Positions 36,391 to 48,729 of a stretch of DNA of 59,244 bases are shown here, piece by piece. The notes beneath the pieces are model-generated. The model ran no database searches. It had not been told where the DNA came from and was given only the letters and a program-made list of their open reading frames with translations. Position numbers and translations under genes: made by a program. Origin of the DNA: Malacoraja senta (taxonomy: Eukaryota); assembly GCA_038087875.1 (NCBI GenBank), contig JAXLNO010000568.1:1-59244 (forward strand), given 5' to 3'. Every line of letters begins with the position of its first letter. Position 1 is the first letter of the stretch.

Positions 36391-39300
36391 ATAGAAACAT
36401 AGAAACATAGAAAGTAGGTGCGAGAGTAGACCACCAGGCCCATCGAGCCCGCACCGCCATTCGCTCATGGCTGAACACTAAACAGACACCCTTACCCACA
36501 AACAGTAGACACAAGACACAGAACACAAGACACTACCCTCCCCTTTATATCGCTATCACCCCTCTCCACCCCAAGAACCGCGTGATCTCCTGGGGGAGGC
36601 AAAAAAACGGATAAAAACCCAGGTCCAATTCGGGAAAAAAATCCGGGAAATTCCTCTCCGACCCCAATCCAGGCGATCGACACTTGTCCAGGAGATCACT
36701 CAGGTCTTACTATACTAACCATACCTAGGTCCATATCCCTGCCCTCTCCCCGTAGCCCCTTATCCCCTTGGCAGCTAAAAAACCATCTATTTTAGACTTA
36801 AATATATTTAATGTTTCTGCTTCCACTGCTCCCTGGGGCAGTGAATTCCATAAATTAACCACCCTCTGGGTGAAGAAGTTCTTCCTCATCTCAGTTTTAA
36901 AAGAGCCCCCTCTTATTCTACAACTATGTCCCCTAGTTCTAGTTTCCCCGATCATTGGGAACATCCTCGGTGCATCCACCCGATCAAGGCCCCTCACGAT
37001 CTTATATGTTTCAATGAGATCGCCTCTCATTCTTCTAAACTCCAAAGAGTAGAGTTCCAGCCTACTTAACCTTTCCTCATATGTCAATCCCCTCATTGCA
37101 GGAATTAATCTTGTAAACCTTCGCTGCACTGCCTCCAGGGCCAGTACATCCTTTCTTAAGTATGGACCCCAGAACTGTACACAGTATTCCAAATGTGGTC
37201 TCACTAATACTGTGTACAGCTGCAGCAAGACCTCCGTGTTTTTATACTCAATCCCCCTAGCAATAAAGGCCAAAACTCCATTGGCCTTCCTGATTGCTTG
37301 CTGCACCTGCATACTAACTTTTAGTGATTCATGTACTACTACCCCTAGATCCCTTTGCATTGCATTACAACGCAGCTCCACCTCATTTAGAAAATAACTT
37401 GCCCTATCATTTTTTTTCCCAAAGTGAATGACTTCACATTTATTAGTATTAAATTTCATCTGCCAAGTTGTTGCCCACTCACCTAGCTTATCTATATCCT
37501 TTTGCAGACTCTTCCTATCCTCCTCATCCCCTACTTTTCCTCCCATTTTTGTATCGTCCGCAAATTTTGATATATTACACTTGGTTCCCTCCTCCAAATC
37601 ATTTATATAAATTGTGAACAACTGGGGTCCCAGCACCGACCCTTGCGGAACCCCGCTAGTTACCGGTTGCCATCCCGAGTATGAACCATTTATCCCCACT
37701 CTCTGCTTCCTATTTGTTAGCCAATCCTCTACCCATGCTAATATATTACCCCCAATCCCATAATTTTTTATTTTTAGCAATAGTCTCTTATGTGGCACCT
37801 TGTCAAAAGCCTTTTGGAAGTCCAAGTATACCACATCCACCGGTTCCCCTTTATCCACCCGGGTTGTTACTTCCTCAAAGAATTCGAGCAGATTCGTTAA
37901 ACAGGACTTCCCCTTCACAAAACCATGCTGGTTCTGTCCGATGAAGTCATGTTTATCCAAGTGCCCCGTTAGTGTTTCTTTAATAATTGTCTCTAACATT
38001 TTACCCACCACCGATGTTAGACTAACCGGTCTATAGTTACCCGCCTTCTGTTTACTTCCTTTTTTAAATATAGGTGTTACATTGGCCATTTTCCAATCCA
38101 CTGGGACCGTTCCTGCCTCCAGGGAGTTTTGGAAAATTATCACCAATGCATCCACAATCCCCACCGCTATCTCCCTCAAGACCCTTGGATGTAATCCATC
38201 AGGCCCAGGGGATTTATCCTCCTTCAGTCTCATTAATTTCCCTAATACCACCTCCTTGGTGATCTTAATAGTATTTAGCTCCTCCATTCCTACCGCCCCC
38301 TGTTTATCCAGCGTTGGAATATTTTTTGTGTCTTCTATGGTGAAGACTGATACAAAATACTCGTTTAATGCCTTTGCCATTTCCATGTTCCCCACCAACA
38401 ACTCTCCAGTCTCACCCTCCAATGGACCAACGTTCACCTTAGCCACCCTTTTTCTTTTTATATAGCTATAAAAACTCTTACTATTAGTTTTTATGTTGTT
38501 CGCTAAATTCCTTTCATAGTCTATTTTCCCCGTCTTAATTAATCTCTTAGTTATTTTTTGCTGACCTTTAAATGCTTCCCAATCCTCTACCCTCCCACTA
38601 TCTCTAGCTACCTTATATGCCCTTGCCTTCAGCCGAATACTATCCTTTATAGTTTTACTGAGCCATGGCTGACTGTTCTTTTCCCTTACCCCTTTTTTTT
38701 CTTCATAGGAATAAATTTTTCTTGAAGGTTATACAGTAGATCCTTAAACGTACACCACTGCTCATGTACCGTCTTATTCTTGAGTCTGCTATCCCAGTCA
38801 ACTTTGATCAGCTCAGTCCTCATACCTTCATAATCCCCCTTATTTAGACTAAGTACCCTAGCCTGAGTTTCAACCTGCTCCCCTTCTATTTGAATATGGA
38901 ATTCGACCATATTGTGGTCACTTGTTCCCAACGAGTCCCTAACTATGACATTTTTAATTAATCCTGCTTCATTACACAGAACCAGATCCAAGATTGCCTC
39001 CCCCCTTGTCGGTTCTGTGACATACTGTTCTAGGAACCCGTCTCTAATACATTCTATAAACTCTTCCTCTAGTCTACCCTGCCCAGTTTGGTTTGCCCAA
39101 TTAATATGAAAATTGAAGTCCCCCATGATTACAGCAGTTCCCTTTTTACATGCGTCAACTATTTGCAGATTTATGTTCTGACTAACAGCGTCACAGCTAT
39201 TTGGAGGTCTATAAATTACACCCACTAGTGTTTTTTTTCCCCTTGTTATTCTCTATCTGTACCCAAGCTGTTTCACTATCCTGATCCTTCAACGCAATAT

Positions 39301-40558
39301 CCTTCCTCTCTATTGCCGTTATTCCCTCCCTTATTAAAAGGGCCACCCCTCCTCCCTTTCTTTCCTGTCTATCTTTTCTAATTGTCGAGTACCCCTCTAT
39401 ATTTAACTCCCAATCCTGATCCCCTTGCAGCCATGTCTCCGTAATGGCCACGATATCATAACTATATGTACTTAATTGCACCGTTAATTCATTTATCTTA
39501 TTTCGAATACTCCGTGCATTTAGATACAGCACTTTCAGATGATTTTTACTACCCTTCCTTTCTGTTTTTGCCCCTTTTACATCTAGAGCTTTATCTTCAC
39601 ACATTCTGGATCCTCCTGTCACATTTTGATTTTCCGTTTCCCCACTGATACCCTGCTCTATTTCCTCTACCCCTGCCATTATTACCCCCCTTGATACCTC
39701 CCCCCCGCTACTTAGTTTAAAGACCTCTCTACTGCCCTAGTTATATGATTTGCCAGGACCCCAGTCCCAGCACCGTTCAGGTGAAGTCCGTCCTTACAGA
39801 ACAGATCCCCCCTGTCCCAGTACTGGTGCCAGTGGCCCAAGAAACCAAACCCATTTTTCCCACACCAGTCTTTGAGCCACGCATTCAGCTTTTTAATTTT
39901 TCGTACCCTCGCCGATTTGGCCCGTGGCTCAGGTAGCAATCCGGAGATCAGTACCCTCGAGGTTCTGCTTTTTAATTTATTCCCTAACTGCTCAAACTCG
40001 TTCAGCAGATCCTCCTTCCTCGTCCTTCCTATGTCATTGGTCCCCACATGGACCACGACCACTGGTTCCTCCCCTCACTCTGCAAATTTCTCTCCAGCAT
40101 CGCAGAGATATCCTTAACCCTAGCACCGGGTAGGCAACACAGCCTTCGGGACATGTTCTGCTGGCCGCAGAGAACCTTATCTACCCCCCGAATAATACTA
40201 TCCCCTATCACAACGGCATTTCTTCTAACTCCCCCCTCTTGAATGGCCCCCTGATCCACGGTGCTGCAGCCAGGTTGCTCATCCCTCCCACAGCCCCTGA
40301 TCCCGTCCTCACATTGAGTAAGAGCCTCGGTCATGCTCGTCAGGGACAAGGGCTGTGGCTCCTGCCGCATCTCCTCCTGGTTCCCCCTACCTGCCTCGCT
40401 TATGGCCACACCTTCCTTTCCCTGCTCACTAACTACTGAATTAGTTAAACTGGTCAGTGTGACCATCCCCTGGCACAAAACATCCAGGTAATACTCCCCC
40501 TCCCTGATGCACCGCAGCGTATGAAGTTGGGTCTCCAGCTCATCAATGCGGAGCTCGA
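36391..40558 (-). mobile_element. Young, nearly intact CR1 LINE (partial ORF1, full ORF2, long 3' UTR)
   Basis: ORF1 VIGDSIIRG..CLPGARV..HVGTNDIG..DGLHLN; endonuclease YLNARSI..ITETWL..MGDFN..SDH; RT ORF of 573 aa; (ctatgttt)n tail. Confidence 0.96.
36725..38446 (-). CDS. CR1 ORF2 reverse transcriptase region, uninterrupted
   Basis: 573 aa with NYRPVSLTS, YLDFQKAFDKV, GVPQGSVLGP, KFADDTK. Confidence 0.93.
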   Translation of the reverse strand: MAKVNVGPLEGETGELLVGNMEMAKALNEYFVSVFTIEDTKNIPTLDKQGAVGMEELNTIKITKEVVLGKLMRLKEDKSPGPDGLHPRVLREIAVGIVDALVIIFQNSLEAGTVPVDWKMANVTPIFKKGSKQKAGNYRPVSLTSVVGKMLETIIKETLTGHLDKHDFIGQNQHGFVKGKSCLTNLLEFFEEVTTRVDKGEPVDVVYLDFQKAFDKVPHKRLLLKIKNYGIGGNILAWVEDWLTNRKQRVGINGSYSGWQPVTSGVPQGSVLGPQLFTIYINDLEEGTKCNISKFADDTKMGGKVGDEEDRKSLQKDIDKLGEWATTWQMKFNTNKCEVIHFGKKNDRASYFLNEVELRCNAMQRDLGVVVHESLKVSMQVQQAIRKANGVLAFIARGIEYKNTEVLLQLYTVLVRPHLEYCVQFWGPYLRKDVLALEAVQRRFTRLIPAMRGLTYEERLSRLELYSLEFRRMRGDLIETYKIVRGLDRVDAPRMFPMIGETRTRGHSCRIRGGSFKTEMRKNFFTQRVVNLWNSLPQGAVEAETLNIFKSKIDGFLAAKGIRGYGERAGIWT

Positions 40559-41466
40559 GTGTCTGTACCCCATTCACATCTGTGTCTGTACGCCATTCAC
40601 AGACACAGATGTTAATGGGGGTACAGACACGGATGTGAATGGGGTACAGACACGGATGGGGATACAGACACAGATGTGAATGGGGTACAGACACAGATGG
40701 GGATACAGACACAGATGTGAATGGGGTACAGACACAGATGTGAATGGGGTACAGACACAGATGGGGATACAGACACAGATGTGAATGGGGATACAGACAC
40801 AGATGTGAATGGGCTACAGACACGGATGGGGATACAGACACAGATGTGAATGGGGTACAGACACAGATGTGAATGGGGTACAGACACGGATGGGGATACA
40901 GACACAGATGTGAATGGGGATACAGACACAGATGTGAATGGGGATACAGACACAGATGTGAATGGGGTACAGACACGGATGGGGGTACAGACACAGATGT
41001 GAATGGGGATACAGACACACATGTGAATGGGGGTACAGACACAGATGTGAATGGGGATACAGACACAGATGTGAATGGGGATACAGACACACATGTGAAT
41101 GGGGGTACAGACACAGATGTGAATGGGGATACAGACACACATGTGAATGGGGATACAGACACAGATGTGAATGGGGTACAGACACACATGTGAATGGGGT
41201 ACAGACACAGATGTGAATGGGGTACAGACACAGATGTGAATGGGGGTACAGACACAGATGTGAATGGGGTACAGACACAGATGTGAATGGGGGTACAGAC
41301 ACAGATGTGAATGGGGTACAGACACAGATGTGAATGGGGTACAGACACACATGTGAATGGGGTACAGACACAGATGTGAATGGGGTACAGACACAGATGT
41401 GAATGGGGGTACAGACACAGATGTGAATGGGGTACAGACACAGATGTGAATGGGGTACAGACACAT
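40559..41466. repeat. 23-24-bp satellite, right block (first 40 bp or so inverted)
   Basis: Same unit as 36010-36390; 40559-40600 is the reverse complement of the unit. Confidence 0.97.
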
Positions 41467-41691
41467 CTGCAGGCTGGACAGGTATACAATTTTAAAAAGA
41501 AAACTGTGAGCTTAGATTTGACTTTAATTATTTGTTATTCACACCCTTATAAGATTATTAAATTCATCCTCCTTCCATTCGTAATATTTATTTCAAAAAT
41601 CGTCCATGATCTGACGGCAAAGACATAAAACATTTAGCCAGTTTAGTTTTGTCAATTGCAGCTTTTGAGGGTCTGTATTGCTTTTTCATTT

Positions 41692-42208
41692 AACCATATA
41701 ACCATATAACAATTACAGCACGGAAACAGGCCATCTCGGCCCTTCTAGTCCGTGCCCAACACTTATTCTTCCCTAGTCCCATCTACCTGCACTCAGACCA
41801 TAACCCTTCATTCCTTCCCCGTCCATATACCTATCCAATTTATTTTTAAATGATAAAATCGAACCTGCCTCCACCACTTCCACTGGAAGCTCATTCCACA
41901 CAGCTACCACTCTCTGAGTAAAGAAGTTCCCCCTAATGTTCCCCCTAAACTTCTGTCCCTTAATTCTCAAATCATGTCCTCTTGTTTGAATCTTCCCTAC
42001 TCTCAATGGGAAAAGCTTATCCACGTCAACTCTGTTTTTCCCTCTCATCATTTTAAAGACCTTTATCAAGTCCCCCCTTAACCTTCTGCGCTCCAAAGAA
42101 TAAAGACCTAACTTGTTCAACCTTTCTCTGTAACCTAGTTGCTGAAACCCAGGCAACATTCCAGTAAATCTCCTCTGTACTCTCTCTATTTTGTTGACAT
42201 CTTTCCTA
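41692..42208 (-). mobile_element. CR1 LINE 3' fragment, different subfamily
   Basis: LGLYSLERRRLRGDLI..FFTQRVV..WN; tail (ttatatgg)n. Confidence 0.9.
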
Positions 42209-42581
42209 TAATGACAATTAAAGAAATTCTTTTTTTCTCAAACTAGAATTGATGTCTGAAATCCATTATTTTTATATTAGTCCAACATGTCATCACTTAA
42301 ATCTCATATTTCATTTATCATATATTTAGATAATTGAAACACACACCAAATCAAGGAAGGAATGCAATGTATTCCCATTTTAACTTCTCACAATTATTTT
42401 TATGTGAAAACAGACACAAGCTCTGCATTTTAAAGGAATATTTATTGTACCTTCACACAAACAGTGAAATTCCTGACTGAGTTGCTCATTGCTGCAACTC
42501 TTACCCTGGACATCAAACCCTGTGCACAAACAGTGAACTCACTGACTGAGCTGCTCATTGCTGTACTTTTTATTATGGGCA

Positions 42582-42812
42582 TCCTGCCTGACCCGCTGAG
42601 TTACTTCACACTCTGTGAAACGTCACCTATCCATGTTCTCCACAGATGCTGCCTGACCCGCTGAGTTACTCCAGCACTCTGTGAAACGTCACCTATCCAT
42701 GTTCTCCACAGATGCTGCCTGACCAGCTGAGTTACTTCACACCCTGTGAAACGTCACCTATCCATGTTCTCCACAGATGCTGCCTGACACGCTGAGTTAC
42801 TCCAGCATTTTA
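42582..42812 (+). repeat. Tandem array of about 65 bp derived from a Penelope-type terminal repeat
   Basis: Unit gaaacgtcacctatccatgttctccacagatgctgcctgacccgctgagttactccagcactctgt; also at 44143-44330 and inverted at 44716-44840. Confidence 0.75.
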
Positions 42813-42974
42813 TCTTTTGAGCAAGAGCATCCAAATATCTTTACAAATCTCGACAACTGTCTGTCCAGTCCAAAGCCCAATGAATGACCACTCCACACAT
42901 CACACAGATTCCTTTCACCTGAAAGTCCTTCATGAGAACTCATAATAAACAAGCTTTGATTAGGAAAGTTAAGA

Positions 42975-43912
42975 ATGTACTCACTCTATACCCATGACTG
43001 CGTAGCCGATCACAGTGCGAACTCCATCATCAAGTTAGCTGATGACACCACTGTTGTGGGACGTATCACTGATGGGGATGAGTCAGAGTACAGAGGAGAG
43101 ATCGAGCGACTGTCCATATGGAGCCAGCACAATAACCTGGCCCTCAACACCAGCAAAACCAAGGAACTGATTGTGGACTTTGGAAGGAGTAGGATGGGGA
43201 CCCACAGTCCCGTTTATATCAATGGGTCGATGGTTGAAAGGGTCAAGAGCTTTAAATTCCTGGGCGTGCACATCTCTGAAGATCTTTCCTGGTCCGAGAA
43301 CACTGATGCTATTATAAAGAAAGCACATCAGCGCCTCTACTTCCTGAGAAGATTACGGAGAGTCGGTTTGTCAAGGAGGACTCTCTCTAACTTCTACAGG
43401 TGCACAGTAGAGAGCATGCTGACCGGTTGCATCGTGGCTTGGTTCGGCAACTTGAGCGCCCTGGAGAGGAAAAGACTACAAAGAGTAGTAAACACTGCCC
43501 AGTCCATCATTGGCTCTGACCTCCCTTCCATCGAGGGGATCTATCGCAGTCGCTGCCTCAAAAAGGCTGGCAGTATCATCAAGGACCCACACCATCCTGG
43601 CTACACACTCATCTCCCCGCTACCTTCAGGTAGAAGGTACAGGAGCCTGAAGACTGCAACGACCAGGTTCAGGAATAGCTACTTCCCCACAGCCATCAGG
43701 CTATTAAACTTGGCTTGGACAAAACTATGAATATTAATAGCCCATTATCTGTTATTTGCACTTTATCAGTTTATTTATTCATGTGTGTATATATTTATAT
43801 AATGGTATATGGACACTGATCTGTTCTGTAGTCAATGCCTTCTATGTTCTGTTGTGCTGAAGCAAAGCAAGAATTTCATTGTCCTATCAGGGACACATGA
43901 CAATAAACTTGA
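42975..43912 (+). mobile_element. Rex1/Babar LINE 3' part
   Basis: 251-aa ORF YSLYTHDC..IIKLADDTTVVG..LNTSKTKELIVDF..FPTAIRLLN; ends gacaataaacttgaac. Confidence 0.92.
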
Positions 43913-44142
43913 ACCATTTCACACAAGTAGTTAACAACTAGTTCACATTAACTTTCCTCAACCAAGTACAATGTAGATCCACTTTAAATTCCTTGCTGCC
44001 TTCTTAATAATAACAATTAGTCATCAACTGAAAACCAGTCTTCATAAAGTGCCCCAATTAAAACACAACTGAACATCTATCCAGGAAACAAATTAATTCT
44101 TGCTACTGCCTTCATGAAGTAAATGGAACCTCACCCAGAAAT

Positions 44143-44330
44143 CAGTCTGAAGGCTCACAACCCAAAATCCCACCTGTCCATGTTCTCCACAGATGCTGCC
44201 TGACCCGCTGAGTTACTCCAGCACTCTGTGAAACGTCACCTATCCATGTTCTCCACAGATGCTGCCTGACCGGCTGAGTTACTCCAGCACTTTGTGCCTT
44301 TTTTTGTAAACCAGCACCTGCAGTTCCTTG
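44143..44330 (+). repeat. Penelope-type terminal repeat fragment, internally duplicated
   Basis: Two copies of the gatgctgcctgac..gagttactccagcact unit. Confidence 0.7.
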
Positions 44331-44513
44331 ATTTTTATCCCAAATCTTCCCTGGTTTCAGGGTTTTTACTAAATTTGGCATCTGTGCAATGGGTGCATTA
44401 CGGGGAAAGGTAAAGGGTCACAGAGCAATAAAGAACCATTCTGCAGTAAAGAGCACAATATCTAATTTGTAGACAGCGTTCCCAATGTGCAGTGAATTCA
44501 CATAACAGGTCGC

Positions 44514-44710
44514 TCCAATTTGTGGTCAACACTCCCACCGTGTGGTGATCCGCCGCACTGCAGGCCCGTCCAATCTGTGGTCAACACTCCCACCGTGTGG
44601 TGATGCGCCGCACTGCAGGCCCATCCAATTTGTGGTCAACACTCCCACCGTGTGGTGATCAGCTGCACTGCAGGCCCGTCCAATTTGTGGTCAACACCCC
44701 CACCGTGTGG
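44514..44710. repeat. 55-bp minisatellite, about 3.6 copies
   Basis: Unit tccaatttgtggtcaacactcccaccgtgtggtgatccgccgcactgcaggcccg. Confidence 0.92.
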
Positions 44711-44715
44711 ATTAA

Positions 44716-45300
44716 GAAAGAATTGCAGATGCTGGAAAAATCAAAGGTGGACAAAAATGCTGGAGTAACTCAGCGGGTGAGGCAGCATCTATGGAGAGAA
44801 GGAATAGGTGACGTTTCAGGTCGAGACCCTTCCTCAGACTGAAGTTGGGGTGGTGGTGCGGGATAAAGGAAGGAAAAGGCAGGGACAGAAGGCTGTGGGA
44901 GAGCTGGGAAGGGGAAGGAGAAAGCAAGGACTACCTGGAATTGGAGAATGGGAAGATGAGGCCAGTGGTGGGATCCCGTTGGAGGTGGCGAAAATGGTGG
45001 AGGATTATCTGTTGTATGTGACAGCTGGTAGGGTGGAAGGTGAGGACATGGGGGACTCTGTCCTTGTTACGAGTAGGGGGATGGGGAGTAAGAGCGGAGC
45101 TGCGGGATATAGAGGAGACCCTGATAAGAACCTCCTCTATAGTAGAAGAGGGGGGCCCCCATTCCCTAAAGAATGAGGACATCTCCGATGCCCTGGTTTG
45201 GAACACTTCATCCTGGGTGCAGAGGTGGCCAGTGTAGTGCAGATAGCCATGGGCGTCAGTGGGTTTGTAGTAGATGTCAGTCAGTGGTCTGTTACCTGTG
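44716..45300 (-). mobile_element. Penelope-like element 3' fragment, internally deleted
   Basis: TDIYYKPTDAHGYLHYT, DRVP.VLTFHP..ILHHFRHLQRDPTT, then the terminal repeat with a hammerhead-like core. Confidence 0.82.
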
Positions 45301-47600
45301 ATAGACAATAGACGCCAGAGTAGGCCATTCGGCCCTTCGATCCAGCACCGCCATTCAATGTGATCACGGCTGATCATCCCCAATCAGTACCCCGTTCCTG
45401 CCTTCTCCCCATATCCCCTGACTCCGCTATCTTTAAGAGCCCTATCTAGCTCTCTCTTGAAAGCTGCCAGAGAACCGGCCTCCACCGCCCTCTGAGGCGG
45501 AGAATTCCACAGACTCACCACTCTATGTGAGAAAAAGTGTTTCCTCGTCTCCAATCTAAATGGCTTACCCCTTATTCTTAAACTATGGCCCCTGGTTCTG
45601 GACTCCCCCAACATTGGGAACATGTTTCCTGCCTCTAGCGTGTCCAAACCCTTAACAATCTTATATGTTTCAATGAGATATCCTCTCATCCTTCTAAACT
45701 CCAGAGTGTACAAGCCCAGCTGCTCCATTCCCTCAGCATATGACAGTCCCGCCATCCCGGGAATTAAACTTGTAAACCTACGCTGGGCTCCCTCAATAGC
45801 AAGAATGTCCTTTCTCAAATTAGGGGACCAAAACGGCACACAATACTCCAGATGTTGTCTCACTATGGCTCTGTACAACTGCAGAATAACCTCTTTGCTC
45901 CTATATTCGATTCCTCTTGTTATAAAGGCCAACATGCCATTTGCTTTCTTCACTGCCTGCTGTACCTGCATGCTTACTTTCATAGACTGATGTACAAGGA
46001 CCCCCAGATCCCGTTGTACTTCCCCTTTTCCCAACTTGACACCATTTAGATAGTAATCTGCCTTGCTGTTTTTGCTACCAAAGTGGATAACCTCACATTT
46101 ATCCACATTAAACTTCATCTGCCATGCATCTGTCTACTCCCCCAACTGCCACCCAGCTTTGTGTCATCTGCAAATTTGCTAATGTTACTTTGAATCCCTT
46201 CATCCAAATCATTGATGTATATTGTAAATAGCTGCGGTCCCAGCACCGAGCCTTGCAGTACCCCACTAGTCACTGCCTGCCATTCTGAAAAGGACCCGCT
46301 AATCCCTATTCTTTGTTTCCTGTCTGCCAACCACTTCTCTATCCATGTCAGCACTCTACCCCAATACCCTGTGCCCTAATTTTGCCCACTAATCTCCTAT
46401 GTGGGACCTTATCAAATGCTTTCTGAAAGTCCAGGTACACTACATCCACTGGCTCTCCCTTGTCCATTTTCCTAGTTACATCTTCAAAAAATTCCAGAAG
46501 ATTAGTCAAGCATGATTTCCCCTTCGTAAATCCATGCTGACTCGGACCGATCCTGTTACTGCTATCCAAATGTGCTGCTATTTCATCTTTTATAATTGAC
46601 TCCAGCATCTTCCCCACCACCAATGTCAGGCTAACTGGTCTATAATTCCCTGTTTTCTCTCTCCCGCCTTTCTTAAAAAGTGGGATAACATTAGCTATCC
46701 TCCAATCCACAGGAACTGATCCTGAATCTATAGAACATTGGAAAATTACCACCAATGCATCCACGATTTCTAGAGCCACTTCCTTAAGTACCCTAGGATG
46801 CAGACCATCAGGCCCTGGGATCAGCCTTCAGTCCCATCAGTCTATCCAACACCATTTCCTGCCTAATGTGGATTTCCTTCAGTTCCTCCACCCCAGATCC
46901 TCTGGCCACTACTATATCAGGAAGATTGTTTGTGTCCTCCTTAGTGATGACAGATCCAAAGTACCTGTTCAACTCATCTGCCATTTCCTTGTTCCCCATA
47001 ATAAATTCACCTTTTTCGGTCTTCAAGGGTCCAACTTTGGTCTTAACTAATTTTTTCCTCTTCACATACCTAAAGAAGCTTTAACTATCCTGCTTTATGT
47101 TCTTAGCTAGCTTACCTTCGTACCTCATCTTTTCTCCCCGTATTGTCTTTTTAGTTAACTTCTGTTGTTCTTTAAACATTACCCAATTCTCTTGCTTCCC
47201 GCTCATCTTTGCTACGTTGTACTTCTTCACTTTAATTTTTATACTGTCCCTGACGTCCCTTGTCAGCCATGGTCGTCCCTTTCTCCCCTTGGAATCTTTC
47301 TTCCGCCTAGGAATGAACTGATGCTGCACCTTCTGTATTATTCCTATAAACACCTGCCATTTTTGTTCCTCTGTCATCCCTGCTAGTGTATCTTTCCAAT
47401 CAACTTTGGCCAGCTCCTCCCTCATGGCCCCATAGTCCCCTTTATTCAACTGCAACACTGACACCTCCGATCTACTCTTCTCCCTCTCCAATTGTAGATT
47501 AAACCTGACCATGTTATGGTCACTGCCTCCTAATTGCTCATTAACCTCGAGGTCCTTTATGAAACCCGGTTCATTACATAACACTAAATCCAGAATTGCC
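45301..47600 (-). mobile_element. CR1 LINE, 5'-truncated, several frameshifts
   Basis: From ILDLVLCNEP..GGSDHN through the RT motifs to KAGTGY* and the tail. Confidence 0.95.
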
Positions 47601-47995
47601 CCACTGCAAACGGTTGTTGGTGGTGGTAACTGCTTTGAAATGCTGCACTGCAGATGGTTGTTGGTGGTGGTAACTGCTTTGAAATGAAGTGGTAGGTAAC
47701 TGCACTTGAATTCGGTGGCCTTGCACCCTGCTTGAAATGGCATGAAACTGCATTTGAATTTGGTGGCCTTGCACCCTGCTTGAAATGGCATGAAACTGCA
47801 TTTGAATTTGGTGGCCTTGCACCCTGCTTGAAATGGCATGAAACTGCATTTGAATTCGGTGGCCTTGCACCCTGCTTGAAATGGAATTTCAAGGAATAGC
47901 CGTGACTCAACTGCTCGCCCACCAGCCGTGAGTGAGCTGCCAGCACATGAGGCTTGAGTGACTGAGCTGTCACCCCAAGAATCCATTTGGCCCAC
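47601..47995. repeat. Interspersed repeat with internal tandem units (about 44 bp x2 and 48 bp x4)
   Basis: ttgaatt(c/t)ggtggccttgcaccctgcttgaaatggcatgaaactgcat x4; cactgca..ggttgttggtggtggtaactgctttgaaatg x2. Confidence 0.8.
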
Positions 47996-48240
47996 AGCGG
48001 AGGGTGATGGCTAGGCACAGGCCTTGTTCCTGTGGCTTTCTCATATAGGTGTCTTTTGTTTCAGCAGAGGGCCCATGTTTGTCATTAAACAGGTCAGGGG
48101 GTATTCTTGTGATGTTTTTAAAAGCAGACAAATCCTCCTCATGCAGCACATTTATCAGGCTCTCATGCTGTCCAAGCCTGAATCTTCTTTGCAAGAGGGG
48201 CTTCATCCACTGAGAACTCTTCTTGTGCTTCCTCTTCACC
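47996..48240 (-). mobile_element. PIF/Harbinger transposase N-terminal fragment
   Basis: WMKPLLQRR..GQHESLINVLHEED..AFKNITRIPPDLF..KDTYMRK....LCLAITLR matches the Harbinger/HARBI1-like N-terminal pattern. Confidence 0.7.
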
Positions 48241-48344
48241 CTTGTTCTTGCCCATCAGCCTTTAGGCTGCAGAAGCAAAAGACCTGCTGCAAACAGCAGG
48301 AGTTGTATTTATACTGCCATCGCGGATTAGGTGGCCCAAGTGGG

Positions 48345-48729
48345 ACAGCCCCTTTAGTCAGCCACAGTCGCCTCATTCTTCCCTCAGAATCTTTCTTCCT
48401 CTTTGGGATGAAAAGATCCTGCAACTTCCAAATTATTCTCAGAAACTTCTGCCATTGCTGTTCCACAATCATTCTTGCTTGGATCGCCTTGTACTCAACA
48501 ATAGCCACCTCCTTACTTATGCCTCTACAGTTACCTTGACTCTACAGTAATGCCATCACATATGATTTCATCTTCTTCTCAAACTGCAGGTTGAATTTTA
48601 TCATATTATGTCACAAATTCCTAGGGGTTCCTTTACCTTAAGCTCCATAATCAAATCCAGTTCTTGCACAACACCGAATCCAGAATTGCCTTTTCCCTGG
48701 TAGGCTCAACCACAAGCCGCTCTAAGAAG
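48345..48729 (-). mobile_element. Older CR1 ORF2 fragment
   Basis: EQQWQKFLRIIWKLQDLFIPKRKKDS; EPTREKAILDSVLC. Confidence 0.8.

Noticed and set aside
35959..41489. Long Cys/His/Pro-rich ORFs (e.g. 40029..41489, 486 aa; 35978..36526)
   Set aside because: They are translations of the 23-24-bp satellite, open in several frames; the 486-aa ORF simply runs on into CR1 ORF1.
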